DNA of 64,000 nucleotides from Eledone cirrhosa (lineage: Eukaryota), in contig OZ024741.1 in the NCBI GenBank assembly GCA_964016885.1, positions 297,786,001 through 297,850,000 of the forward strand. Direction: 5' to 3'. Within the stretch, counting starts at the first letter, position 1, and every line of letters begins with the position of its first letter. A program made the translations under genes and the position numbers. The notes beneath the pieces were generated by a model. The model did not search any database. It saw only the letters and a program-made list of their open reading frames with translations, and was not told where the DNA came from. Positions 11,862 through 24,207 of this stretch are shown here, one piece after another.

Positions 11862-12455
11862 CTAGCAGAATGGCCCGGCGTTGCTCAGGATTTGCTCTAG
11901 GGTTCTTATATATTTGATATATATTTATCCTTATCGAGCCTCATGAAATAAATACGTTTGTTTATATTTTGTTTTTGTGTATGCAAAAATATCTGTATAC
12001 GAATATATAATTATATATATATATTAAAATAACAGATTAAAGTTTAAGCAAAGAATCGCTGCTTTCACCCTTAACAGGATCTTCTGAAACAAAAAAATCA
12101 ATCTGTGAACGCAGAAGTAAATATTTCGAAAAACGTTACACACTATATATATATATACACACACACATATAGCGTCATAATGTCATAATGCAGACAGCCA
12201 GACATACAGACAGATATTATAAGGGCGCAACGTTATATGTATGTATCTATCTAAAAAGAGAAAGACTAAGAATTATAGAGAGAAATCGCCTAATGTGGTC
12301 CCTAGGGCATTGAAAATTTGAAATTATTTTTGCTCAAAACACTCACAGGACCATACGTATTACATGTGTAAAGTTTGAAAACAATCGGTTTGGTGGTTCT
12401 CGAGTCTTAGGGAGTCATACAGACAGCCAGACAGAGATTCTCTGTTTTAGATATA
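11862..12455 (-). mobile_element. Non-autonomous Helitron
   Basis: Minus-strand 3' end cctgagcaacgccgggccattctgCTAG (hairpin plus CTAG), and a typical 5' region with (ACAG)n at ~12415-12450. Confidence 0.65.
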
Positions 12456-12956
12456 TGTGTGTGTGTGTGCGTGTGCGTGCGTGTGTGTGTGTGCGTGCAT
12501 GCATGAGGGAAAAGGGAAGTAAGGTTCTATAAAAAAAACAGTGGTTATAGGGAAAAGGTGAAACTGGAAATAGCACGGGTCTGTTTTTCTTCTTTTTTTT
12601 TTCTTCCTTTCTTTGATTCGTCAAAGTGACATTATTGGAAAAAGGAGAGGGACATGGACAATTCTTTTAAAAAAGAGTTTTATAATGTATATAAAGTATA
12701 ACCGGTTTCGAAGTATTAGTAAAATTCATCTTATCAAATGTTGAGTATTACAATTAAAAAGAATTAATAAGAATTAAAAACTAAAAATTAAAGATTTAAA
12801 ATTAAGTGTTGAGGCAAGTTTTTTTCATCTTCCTTATTGAGAAGGAGACTGGAAAAAATATATACTATATCTATATTATACTCACCATTCTTATTGTCCT
12901 CATGATAATCTAATCTCCATACCAATTACAAGTTCTTCTGTATTTGACAGGTGAAA

Positions 12957-13053
12957 ATGGCCAGCTCCACGGGCAAAGAATCTTTGATGAAACAGTATCT
13001 TCAGTCATTCCATCAATTACCCATTAACAACATTTATACAAGAAAAACACAAG
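12957..13053 (+). CDS. First coding exon of a FAM216-like / giant repeat-protein gene (exon starts 12951)
   Basis: Acceptor tttgacag|, strong Kozak aaaATGG, MASSTGKESLMKQYLQSFHQLPINNIYTRKTQ, donor aag|gtgaga (phase 1). Confidence 0.65.
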
Positions 13054-13103
13054 GTGAGATACAAGAACAACTACAAATATATTTATCACCTGCTTCTCTC
13101 TAT

Positions 13104-13135
<32 letters not shown>

Positions 13136-13151
13136 TCAGATAGGAGGTGGG

Positions 13152-13292
13152 GGGGTCTCGCATCTGGTGCAAGAAAAACCACAAGCCCTCCATCTCAACT
13201 CTACTTTTGAAAAGCATAAGAACTGTGAAATCGGTAAAGGAAATAAATAAATATTCTTAAAAAGACTCCAGTTGTATTTTCGATTTCTTTTC
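13152..13292 (+). mobile_element. Short repeat family with degenerate hammerhead-like motif (same family as 48124-48367)
   Basis: gaaaaaccac..ccctccatctcaactctacttttgaaaagc..aagaactg.gaaa.cggtaaagg is shared with 48220-48295. Confidence 0.7.
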
Positions 13293-13304
13293 CTTATATG
13301 TGTG

Positions 13305-13362
<58 letters not shown>

Positions 13363-13586
13363 CAAGTTAATATAAATTAATATATTTGATAAACACAAAT
13401 ACCAACATATCCATGTTTGTATTGTAAACGACTTATCCATGTTTATATTGTAAACGACTATGTTGGTATTTGTGTTTATCAAATATATTAATTTATATTA
13501 ACTTGTATTACACGGCTCAGAAATACTTCTTTCTTTGAACTATTTCTTTGTAAAGGACTACCTGAGTTTGAACTCATTATTAATTG

Positions 13587-13617
<31 letters not shown>

Positions 13618-13667
13618 CCCCGCGCATATACATACACGTGCATACATGTATATATATATTTACATAA

Positions 13668-14010
13668 TTTTGGATGGCCGTTGACTCTTATGAGTTTCTC
13701 CACTCTTTTGTCAGGTTTTGCTTTTTGTCCTGAGGGGTGTCCAAAATCATCCTCCTCACCAAGTAAACTTAGTGGGGTTGCCAGTTTAGTCACGGACGAC
13801 CCGACCATGCGACAGGTTGTAGTGGGTTACATCTTACCAGAAGCACTCAAGAGTGACCTGACGATCGCGCGGTTAAACCACTGGAAGTGAAGGACCCCTA
13901 GCCTTTGTCAGGGCATTCGTCTAGGAGATGGCAACTCGGGAAACTGGGATAATTCCGACATAAAACCTACGGCTCAGTCGTTACTGATGATGTTGATCTT
14001 TTCTTCTTTT
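13668..14010. mobile_element. RTE-type 5' region with an inverted 5' segment (13668-13861 minus, ~13875-14010 plus)
   Basis: Both parts match the co-oriented 5' region of the elements at 24208 and 28221, but here they point in opposite directions. Confidence 0.75.
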
Positions 14011-14092
14011 CGAGTTATGGCTACTGTATACACACACAAAAACAAGATGGTGTAGGACAGAACAAAGGAGAGACACACAAAATAAAAACCTA

Positions 14093-14134
14093 GTCACTGA
14101 GGAGGTCAAGAATGTGTGACGAAATAGCTTTGAC
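14093..14134 (+). ncRNA. Hammerhead motif in a ~190-bp non-coding repeat (14065-14255)
   Basis: GUCA-CUGAGGA-G-GUCA(loop)UGAC-GAAA-UAGCUU|UGAC. Core intact, one helix III mismatch. Confidence 0.65.
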
Positions 14135-14583
14135 AATATATAAACAACCCTCTGGTTATCGAACCAAACAACCAACCGGAAATGTATAATACATTGAAGT
14201 GAAAACCAACTGGTTCGTGTGTTTTTTATTGGCACATGACCCTCCCAGAGTATAACAATATCTGTTTCAACACATGTTTTCAGATAAGAAATCTCGCAAA
14301 ACAAATTCAAAAACGAATTATCTATCTAACTATCTATTGTTGCGCCCTTGTGGCTAATAAAGAAATCTATCTATCTGCCTGACGCGTGGAACATCGCCGA
14401 TAAGATTTTTTGTAAATTTATATACGAAAAACAGAACAAATTGTTTGAAAAAACATATTATTTTATAGATTAACCCCCAAGCTGAATTGTCAGCTGGGTG
14501 ATAATCCCATTTTTCGCCCCTTTAGGGGCGAAAATTTAATTTACAAATTGTTTTAAAATATCAAATTTTGCCAACTATAAAAC

Positions 14584-16492
14584 ATGAATAACACGGAAAG
14601 AACGCTGGAGAACGTCGACAGAGAAAAGAGAGAGAAAGAGGCATATGTTAACGTTATATCTGCTTCTGCTACTATGGACGTCGCCATAGATACGACTGTC
14701 AACAAAGGGAAAAAAATATTGCCACTTGAAGATTGTACAATTTCTACCGTCGAAGCGGAGAGAAATGAAAACTCAGGAATTAAACCCATTAACATACACA
14801 TGAAAAAGTCAACATCAATAACTCCACAGATACATCTACACATTAAGTTTCACCTCGTCAAGGAACTGAGATTTCCAACACCGAGGCTAACAACGATAAC
14901 AACAACAACAACAACAGCAACACCACACAAAAAAATGTCTTTCGCTGAAACAGTGAACAAAAAACAAGATTTTATAAATCTTGACATCTCCAATGCAAGA
15001 GATATGCTCCAGCAAGGGAGAAAATTTGTAACTTTCGAAGAGAAAGGTGGGTTTAGAATTAACTCACCCCTTGAAATAAAAGAAGATGCAGTTCGAAGAA
15101 CTTTAGGACTGTATTCAATACCACAAGAAAGCCGATATTTGTTAGTCAAACAGATATAGAAGCTACTTTCAAGGAAATTCTAGCAAATATCGACTTTCTC
15201 CAACGAGGAAAACAGTACGGAAGTGTTTTCGTACTGTTTAAAAGCGAGGCACTCGCCCCAAAACATTCTGTGACACCAATAGTGTCAAAAGCATTCACCT
15301 TTTTCCCTACATACATGGGGGAAAAGGACACAAAAAATAAAAATAAAAAATATACCCCCAAACATTAACATCTGGTGGATCTTGGCTGGCTTCGTAGAGC
15401 CAGAAACTAATATGATTCTTTCGATGCGAAAGTCTATTCGACAAAGGTGGGAGGGTACTGATTTGGAGATTCTGTTGCAAATGAGGCCGGAGAGAATCTC
15501 CAAAATACCCGAAAGAGTCGTCATCGACGACAACAACAAAATAAACATTTCGGTAGAAGGACGAAAAATTCATTGCTTTCGCTGTGGTAACACAACACAC
15601 CTAAAAGCCTCCTGTCCTTCAAAAACACACCACAACAACATCATAAAAAAACACACACCAACACCAACACCAAAACAACCACCACCACCACAAATACAAC
15701 GACAGACGAAACGAGCAACCACACCAAAACAAACAGCCACTCAACCAACGACAACAGAAAAAACAGAGACAACACTCCTGAAGAACACAGCCCCACCCCA
15801 TCCCACTCCATCAAACACTACCACAAACACACACACCGAAACACCACCACCACACAACATACCCCTACCCCACACTCCTGACGATGATTATTCATCGACG
15901 GATGAAACTACTTCTCCTTCTTTAAGTGAAGAAGAGGGAGATCCGCAGAAATCTAAAAAACAAAAAAAGAGACACCACAAAACCCCCAAAACTCCAACAC
16001 CAACACACAACCACAGACACAAACAACACAAACAACACCACAGTCAAACATCCCCCTACCAGCAAAACCAACACCACCCAAACACAAGCACCCACCATAA
16101 AAAGAAAACTCCCGGACGAACAACAAACTAAAACAACACAACAAAAACACAAACAACAATACACATACATCAACACAAACAACAAGAGTTTGATGGAGGT
16201 CATCTCCCAATACCCCAAGGTGGAGACGGAGGGCAAAACTTTCGTCAAGGCAGAATCGTCTCCACACCTTAAACTTATAAGGGTTTCTATGGAAACCTAT
16301 AATGACCTGAAAAATAAATTTTCACAGGACGTGGGCAACCCCTGCCAGAAACCCATCAACCGCGTCCTGTTAAAATGTTTCCCCACCCCATCCAGCACCC
16401 AAATGGAGATTGAACAACCCGATCTCAAGGAAACGAAAATTAAGTGCACCTTTCGTCCTTTTTCTTCAACTCTTCTTCACCAACATGGCTAG
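14584..16492 (+). pseudogene. Tx1 ORF1 (gag-like, zinc knuckle), frameshifted
   Basis: CFRCGNTTHLKASC (C-X2-C-X4-H-X4-C) and a Thr/Pro/His-rich linker, split over several frames. Confidence 0.75.
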
Positions 16493-19400
16493 TTTACGAG
16501 TTGGAAGCGTGAATGTGCGTGGCCTAGGGATGCCCTGGAAACGGGGCCAACTTTTAAACGACCTTAGGTCACACGGTATGGACGTGATAGCCATCACCGA
16601 GTCCAGGATCCACAACAGGCAGCAACTAACCCCCATCTTCGACGACTTTGAGATCTACGTATCTCTCTGTCAGCCAGGAGGGGGAGTGGGTGTCATGTTT
16701 CGGAAGAATCTGGACGTCGAAGTACAGCAAGTACACTTGGACCCGGAGGGTAGACTGGTAGTCCTAGACGTGAACAGTATTGGAGGTGGAGCCTTCAGAC
16801 TGGTGGCCGTTTATGCCCCGAATGGGCAATCGCAATCACCGCCAGACTTCTTTAAGCGTCTAGAGTCTTTTCTGGGAACGTCTCGCTCCTTACTTTTAGT
16901 GGGGGACTGGAATGGTATCCTAGATGCACGATGGGACTATGTGGGAGCAAGTCCCAGTAGAGAGGGGTGCAACAGCCTCAAAACTTTAATCGGCCAATTC
17001 CAACTGGCCGATAGGTATCGACTGGATTTCCCGACTACACCACAGTGGACGTGGGAAAACCGCAGCGGGACATCTATATCGTATTTAGATAGGTTCTTCC
17101 TTACAGAAAGGGACAAGGAGATGTTAAGCTGTCCACGAATGCACATGGTTGCCTATTCAGATCACAAATTAGTCGTCTGCTTAGTCAACCGTGATAGAAT
17201 ACATAGACAAGGACCCGGATACTGGAAGCTGAACGTGTCGTTGCCGGCACGTAAAGCTTACAGTGAACGGATAAGTAGACTAGTCAAGCAACAGTTAACG
17301 GGAACCATCGTCAACAATAAATGGTGGTACTCTCTCAAGAAAGCAATTAGAATAGAATCGATAGGGTTTAGCAGAGAGTTAGCCTTACAGAAAAACAAAA
17401 TAGAAAGAGAACTAGTAGCCAAGGTAGAGGGGGGGGGGGGGGGCACTTAGAAGTGGCAATGCGGCTAGAGTGTTAGCGTCGAGAACGGCACTGGACCAGG
17501 TCTTCGATGCGAAACACGAAGGCTGCGTTGTCAGAAGCAAAACGCATGCTCTGGGAAACGAAGGAGCGAAAGCTGTCAGCTGGGCCCGAGTGGCGGAGGC
17601 GAAAAGTGGCAACGAGTCCATGATTCGGTCTTTGAAAGACCAAAACGGACGCGTGCTACTTGACCCCAAGCAAATATGCGCGGCCTTTCAGCAGCACTTT
17701 GTGCGACTGTTTGAGCAGAACGACGGTGAGCCGAACGGGGCAATGGACTTTAGTTCATACTTCGACGGCCTGCCGCGTCTCTCGAACACAGACGCCGAGT
17801 TCTGCGAAAGACCGATCACGGACACTGAGATACGGGACGCTCTGGGCCGCTGCGGGAAACGCAAGTCACCCGCTCTAGATGGTCTACCCTATGAGTTTTA
17901 CATAGGCATGCCGGATTTGTTCTCTGGCGTCCTCGAAGCCGTCTACTGCAATTGGCAGCAGAACGGGAGAATTCCCAGTTCTGCAGGCAAGGGCGTAGTA
18001 ACGCTGATGTACGAGATGTAACGTTGGTGTACGAGAACAAGGGGAACGAAATTAACAACTTCAGGCCCATAACTCTGCTCAACACAGAGTTAAAGATTTT
18101 GGCCAAGGTGCTAGCGACGAGGTTGGCTTTTGTCGTCGAGAACATGGTAGGGAAAGCGCAAACGTGTGCAATCCCGACCAGGTCCATACACGACAACCTC
18201 CACCTCATGTGATACATCATAGAGAGGGTGGGTAGTAAACCCGGCTTCGGTGGGGCTTTGATCAATTTGGATCAGTCTAAGGCATTTAATAGGGTCGACC
18301 ATCGATACTTGGAAGCGGTTCTCAAAGTGGCCGGTTTCGGTCCCGTTTTCAGAGCCTGGATCGAGGCGATGCACACCAGCATCTGCTGGAGGGTCAAGGT
18401 GAACGGCTACTTATCGGAGCCGTTCGCAATCACGCGTTCCATTCGACAGAGGTGCCCTCTCTCCTCCATTCTGTATGTATTGACTCTAGAGCCACTACTG
18501 CGGAAATTGGAGCTGTTGCAGGGCATCCCTCTAGAACCGGGACTGCGCAAAGCGGCGTCGGCTTATGCCGACGACGTGACGGTAATGATGTCGAGCACCT
18601 CGGAAATCGGGGTGATCGGCAACTTACTGAAAGAATACGAAACGCTGACGGGAGAAAAACTAAACCCGGACATGTCTGTCGGTTTGCAACTCGGTACGTG
18701 GAGGGGCAAACCGATGACGTCCGACAGCGTCGTTGGACGCTGGACGGACCGGTGAAATTGCTCGGGGTCTGGTTGGGTCCAGACCTCCAGGTGGAGAAAA
18801 ACTGGAAGGAGGTCACGGCCAAGGTGTTTGCACTCACCCAGAAGTGAGCAGAGTGCAAACTGTCCTTGAAAGGTCGAGCGGAGGTGGCGAACACTTTCAT
18901 AGCGTCCATCATCTACTACTGCTTGACTGTCGTTCCTTGTCCCCGTGAACACCTCGCCAAGCTGGAACGCGTGCTCCGCTGGTGAGGAGATCCGTGGTGC
19001 TGTCAGCACCCTTCCAACGGAGGGCTGGGAATGCCGTGGTTGATGATGCGCAAACATGCGCTGAGGCTGAGGCACCTCCAGATATTCCTCACCGACCCCC
19101 AACCGGTGTGGCCACCGTTTGTGAGACAGGCTTTCCCACAGCTCGTCTCGCTGACGGAGCTGCAGTCCTGGGTCAAGAAAAGACCGAAAACGATGGGCGC
19201 CTGGCACATTGAATGCGCTCAGGCGCTCACAGTCCGCTGGCAAGCGGGCACAGTAATCAGTGGAGACTCCACTTCGACATTCTATAGAGGGATTGTACGT
19301 TACAAGGGCGACGACGTGCTCGGAGAGACTCTAGGCATCAACGACGATGAGCTCACCAGTCTGTTTGGTAGGACTTTCCGCTCGGGACCTATGGACAACT

Positions 19401-19918
19401 TCCAGAGGTCCCTGGCCTGGCAGTGCTACCGAGGAGCTCTACCGGTTCGTGACAAGATCTACAGGCTCGGGCGCCCCGGCAGGGATCCTTCCAAGAGGAC
19501 GTGTCCAAGATGCGCGCAGGACATTGAAACAGTCCTGCACGCAATTGTACACTGCCCGGGCGTAACCGACCTGTGGAACTATGCAGAACAACTGCTGTCG
19601 CGTATGGGACAAATCCAGTTGACGGCCGAATCCATAGTAAGGATCAAACCGCCAGCCTCTTTGAAAAACGAAAGAGAGGCGGTCTTCCTCTGTACAGTGG
19701 CTATGGTGAAAGAAGTTATATGGTGGACGAGATTGAGAGGACTGAGGACAGATGCCTTTCTCTCCGGACAACAATTGATTCCCTTCTTTAAGTATCACTT
19801 TAGAAGGAGAATCAGAGTGGAGAGAGAAGCACTGCACCCCAGTAAATTTACTGAAAGGTGGGTGAATGAAGCGAAAATGGCCCGAGTGATTGGGCCTCCT
19901 CTGTTTATAAGCCTGTAG
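16485..19918 (+). pseudogene. Tx1 ORF2 (AP endonuclease + reverse transcriptase + zinc finger), disrupted
   Basis: MASLRVGSVNVRG start. Lesions: G-run ~17430, ~20-bp duplication ~18000-18036, stops ~18210 and ~18845, frameshift ~18745. Confidence 0.93.
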
Positions 19919-20149
19919 GTTGAAGAAGAGAGCAAAAGGAAGAAAGGAGCACTTGCACAACACGCTCCTGAAGTTGAGGGTTGTTCTATCGACGGGGTAT
20001 TAAACAACCCATTTGTGGCGGCTCCCCCCTATTGGGGATTTCGATTGTTGTAATTGTTTGTTTTTATATTTTTTACACGACTGTATGTAAAATCCCCGGC
20101 ATGTCTTTGTATGGTCCCCTTTTCTTGTGCGCCCTTGTGGCAAATAAAG

Positions 20150-20152
<3 letters not shown>

Positions 20153-20207
<55 letters not shown>

Positions 20208-20442
20208 ATATATATCTCTATATATATCTCTCTCTCTATATATATATATATCTATATATATATATATATCTCTCTATATATATATATCTCTCTCTATATA
20301 TATATATCTCTCTCTATATATATATATATATCTCTCTATATATATATATCTCTATATATATATATATATATATCTCTCTATATATATATATCTATATATA
20401 TATATATCTATATATATATATATATCTCTCTCTATATATATA

Positions 20443-20477
<35 letters not shown>

Positions 20478-20560
20478 ATATATATATCTCTATATATATA
20501 TATATCTCTCTATATATATATATATCTCTCTATATATATATATATCTCTCTATATATATA

Positions 20561-20595
<35 letters not shown>

Positions 20596-20624
20596 CTATA
20601 TATATATATATATCTATCTATATA

Positions 20625-20659
<35 letters not shown>

Positions 20660-20834
20660 ATATATATATATATATCTATATATATATATCTATATATATA
20701 TATATCTATATATCTATATATATATCTATATATATATCTATATATATATATATATATATATCTATATCTATATCTATCTATATATCTATATATATATCTA
20801 TATATCTATATCTATATATATATCTATATATATA

Positions 20835-20870
<36 letters not shown>
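20153..20870. repeat. Compound (TC)n/(TA)n microsatellite
   Basis: Direct reading. Confidence 0.95.
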
Positions 20871-20874
<4 letters not shown>

Positions 20875-21299
20875 TAAATATTGTCTCATATCGAGACGTG
20901 GCGAGAGTATATTTGAATTCATAGAAAAATGAGAAACCTCATCGCTAGTACAGTTGTTAAAACAACCAAACGTTGTCAATGACAGTGATTTGGCAAATAT
21001 GCCTCCAGAGGATAGAGACCAGCGGCCAGTTGTCGGCAGAAAGACAATCCATAAGGTCCAGAAACAGGCAGATGAAATATAGACATGTTTGAGAGAGGAG
21101 AAGGGCAAGGGATAGTGTGTTGGTGCATAGAAGTAATTGGAAGATGGATATATAGAAAGGCGATGTACAAGACAAGTTCACCCACACGTATATGCACCCT
21201 CATCAGCTCTCAAATAAGCAAAATGATTTCGCACGATTTAATTGAGAGTATCATTTTAAAATTCTGGATCGTGCAACAGAAAAAATATATCTAGTTTCT

Positions 21300-21495
21300 T
21301 TCACTGAGTCATACCCTACTAAGCCATACCCCACTGAGTCATACTCCATTCCCCACTAATCCATACGGCATTGAATTACACTTTACTGGGTCATACTTCA
21401 CTGAGGAATACTTCAATGTTATACTTCATTGTGTTATACTTCACTGAACCATACTTAACTGAGTCATACTTCACTGAGTCATAATTTACTGAGTT
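21300..21495. repeat. Degenerate ~20-bp tandem repeat (cttcactgagtcatac)
   Basis: About 9 diverged units just upstream of the exon 2 acceptor. Confidence 0.7.
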
Positions 21496-21535
21496 GTCTT
21501 ACTTTCTATAGCAACATTTTCTCCCTGTTTTTCAG

Positions 21536-21730
21536 AGAGTACTTCTTCTCCACAAAAGATGTCACGTCCATTACTTCCCCCTATTTCACACACTGGTCAA
21601 AAACGATATCAATGGAAATACCTGCACGATTCCTACATGTGGACTCTAGCTCGTACGTACAGTGTAAAAAACATGAGGAGATGCATTCGTAATCGCTACA
21701 TGGATATTTTGCTACATGAAGGCAGTAAAG
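21536..21730 (+). CDS. Exon 2, FAM216-like domain
   Basis: Acceptor gtttttcag|, phase 1 to 1, donor aag|gtaaga. PLLPPI..GQKRY...YMWTLARTYSVKNMRRCIRNRYMDILLH resembles FAM216A YLCSIAKIYNANYLKMLMKRQYMHVLQH as recalled from memory. Confidence 0.8.
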
Positions 21731-22374
21731 GTAAGAAAAATTGCAAAGACTAAATGGCGATGAGAAAATATCGAACATATTGTTTATTCTAACTCCCCCA
21801 CGTATTCCACCACCACCCCTTATTCCCTCCCCCATTATTTGGAACCCGAGAAACTCTATAAACCCGTCAGATCGTCTGTATCTGTAATTCAAAAGGCCAG
21901 CCTTGTTACACATTGCGTCACGCTGAACCCTTTTGAGAATTACTTAAAAGGTACATGTCAGTAGAATGTTCAGTTAAATACCCTAATTTTCATGAGCAGG
22001 CTGTTCCATTGATTGAACAACTGGATCACTCATCGTCGAAAGTGGCGGAGATCCATTCCATTCTATTGCAATTGATTGTAGTGTTTATGATTATGTGTGT
22101 GCGTTTAGTCGGTTGAAAAAGTTGAAACCTTTTACTCACAATATCATTTAGATATCCCAATCACTCAATAGATCTCGCTACTAATGTGAATCTGAAGTGG
22201 GGAATTTAAGAACGGTATTTGAAAAATAATAACTGAATATAAATACCCAATGTTTAGTACAATGAAACCACTATAATGCATGAATAAGTCAAGCTAATTA
22301 TATAAATATTCTGAACTTCCACGTTGTATTCACTTTCTCATTTCTTTGTATCCGCAACTGTATATATATATATG

Positions 22375-23120
22375 ACGTCGAGGTTCTGGACAGAAGTGGC
22401 TGTGATAGTGTCGAGTCCTTGATTTTGAAATATCAGCTGCGCTGGACAGGCCATCTTGTAAGGATGAATGACAAGCGAATGCCGAAGCAGCTGTTTTATG
22501 GCGAGCTCCAAATGGGAAAAAGGAACGCGAGCAAACCCAAGATGCGTTTTAAGGACTGCATCAAGGGGGCGCTCAAGAAAAGTAACATCCCTTGTGAGCA
22601 CTGGGAAGCATGCGCTAGCGACCGATCGCATTGGAGGAAAGCAGTGGCTAGTGGCAAGAGTCTATTTGAGGAAACAAGAAGAAGGCACGTGACACTAAAA
22701 AGAGATGTCCGGAAAGGAATCCATGTTGGCCTTCCCGAAGGCACTGACAGACGGCCTGACCTGACATGTGAGACCTGTAATAGGGTTTGTCTGATCAAGA
22801 CAGGTCTAAAGAGTCACCTGAGAGTGCACAAGAACAGGGAAGCAGGCACCTGTGGAGCTATAAGTGTTCATCAGACGACGACATGTAATGTTTGTGGAAG
22901 GGTATGCAGGTCGAGTAGTGATCTCACACGACACCTTGGGTCACATGGGCCCAGCACTAGGTGTCAATAATTGTCACAAGTGTAGTGTTTGTACCAGAGT
23001 TTTCAAGTCGCTGGCTGGACTAAAAGCCACACTCGTTCAGCGCATCGGTAGGGGTTCTTCTACATAGATATAAAGTAGTGGCCGTACTCGAAAACGAGTT
23101 GGCAGCCACCATGTGTATGT
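22375..23120 (+). mobile_element. RTE-clade LINE 3' fragment with C-terminal C2H2 zinc fingers
   Basis: QLRWTGHLVRM..RMPKQLFYGEL..GKR....PKMRFKD; fingers CETC..HLRVH and CNVC..HLGSH; 3' end ggcagccacc followed by (atgt)n. Confidence 0.9.
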
Positions 23121-23189
23121 ATGCATGAATGTGTATATATATATATATATCCTGTTTCTTCTTATATATATGTGTGTGTGTATCATTAA

Positions 23190-24205
23190 TTATCAGCAAA
23201 GCTAGTGATGCCTTCGGAAAGTTGGAAAAGCGACTATGGCCCCAGAGAGGTATCTCTATTGATACTAAAGTTAAAGTCTACGTGACTTGTGTATTGTTAT
23301 CTCTACTGTATGCTTGTGAGACGTGGGCTACTTACAGGGAGTATCTAAAACAGTAGGGGTGTTGTCACCAGCAGTGCCTTCGTCGAATGTTGGGTCTACA
23401 CTAGAGGATGTATGTTAATGATCTTGAGGTCCTTGAAAGAAGTCACTGTCAGAGTATCAAATCGATTATCTTTCAAAACTGTCTCTGGTGGGGGGGGGGG
23501 ATATGTGGTGCAAATAGAGGACTGTAGGTTACCGAAACAACTCCTTTATAGTGAGCTGAGCAATGGTAAATGTCCACATATGGTAAATGTCCTCATAAAC
23601 CTAAGATGAGGTTCAAGGACTGTGTGAAAACATTTCTGATGAAAGCCTGCATCTCCGATGGAGACTGGGAACAAGCTGCCAATGGTTGAACTCTGTGGGG
23701 GGAAACTGTATATGAAGGGAAAGTCCATTTGAAATGGCCCTAAAAAATTATGAAAGGTTAAAAAGAGATGTTAAGAAGGGCTTGGAAGTAATATTTCCAG
23801 GAAGCGCAGAAGGCCAAGGAGAGATGACATACAACGAATGTGGGAGATCCAGCCTCAACATCAAAGAGTTGTAAAATGAACCATGTAAAAAGGGTTGATA
23901 GAGATTACTGTAGTGCGTAAGGTATAACAATCTGCCATCAATGTGGTAAAGTCTGCAAGTCGGCAGGAGGCCTGACGCGGCACATGAAAATACATGGCAA
24001 CATGGCAACCAACCATCGATTTTTGTTGTCAAAGGCCATGTACTTAACATCTGTGCCAGAGAATGTAGGACTTTTGATGGCCTAAACAGTCGCATCCGTG
24101 CTACACATATGCAGAAGCGTGTTTGAAAATTCAAGCAATGGCTATACTTGAGCGCAAGGTAGCTGCCATCATGTATGTAATGTAATGTAATGTATGTATG
24201 TATGT
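23190..24205 (+). mobile_element. Older, diverged RTE LINE 3' fragment
   Basis: SKASDAFGKLEKRLW..TKVKVY..LLYACETW and RLPKQLLYSEL; many stops; (tgta)n tail. Confidence 0.85.
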
Positions 24206-24207
24206 AA

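Larger units (their letters stand above)
14377..20152 (+). mobile_element. Near full-length Tx1/L1-clade non-LTR retrotransposon, inactivated
   Basis: ORF1 with CCHC knuckle. ORF2 with APE (SVNVRG, GDWN, YLDRF, SDH), RT (KSP.LDG, FRPITLLN, DQSKAF, YADD) and C-terminal CPRC...H...C. AATAAA 3' end running into (TC)n. Confidence 0.95.

Noticed and set aside
19981-20932. Long YI/SL-rich ORFs (also at 27.4, 48.4, 52.0, 54-55.6 and 58.3 kb)
   Set aside because: Translations of dinucleotide microsatellites.
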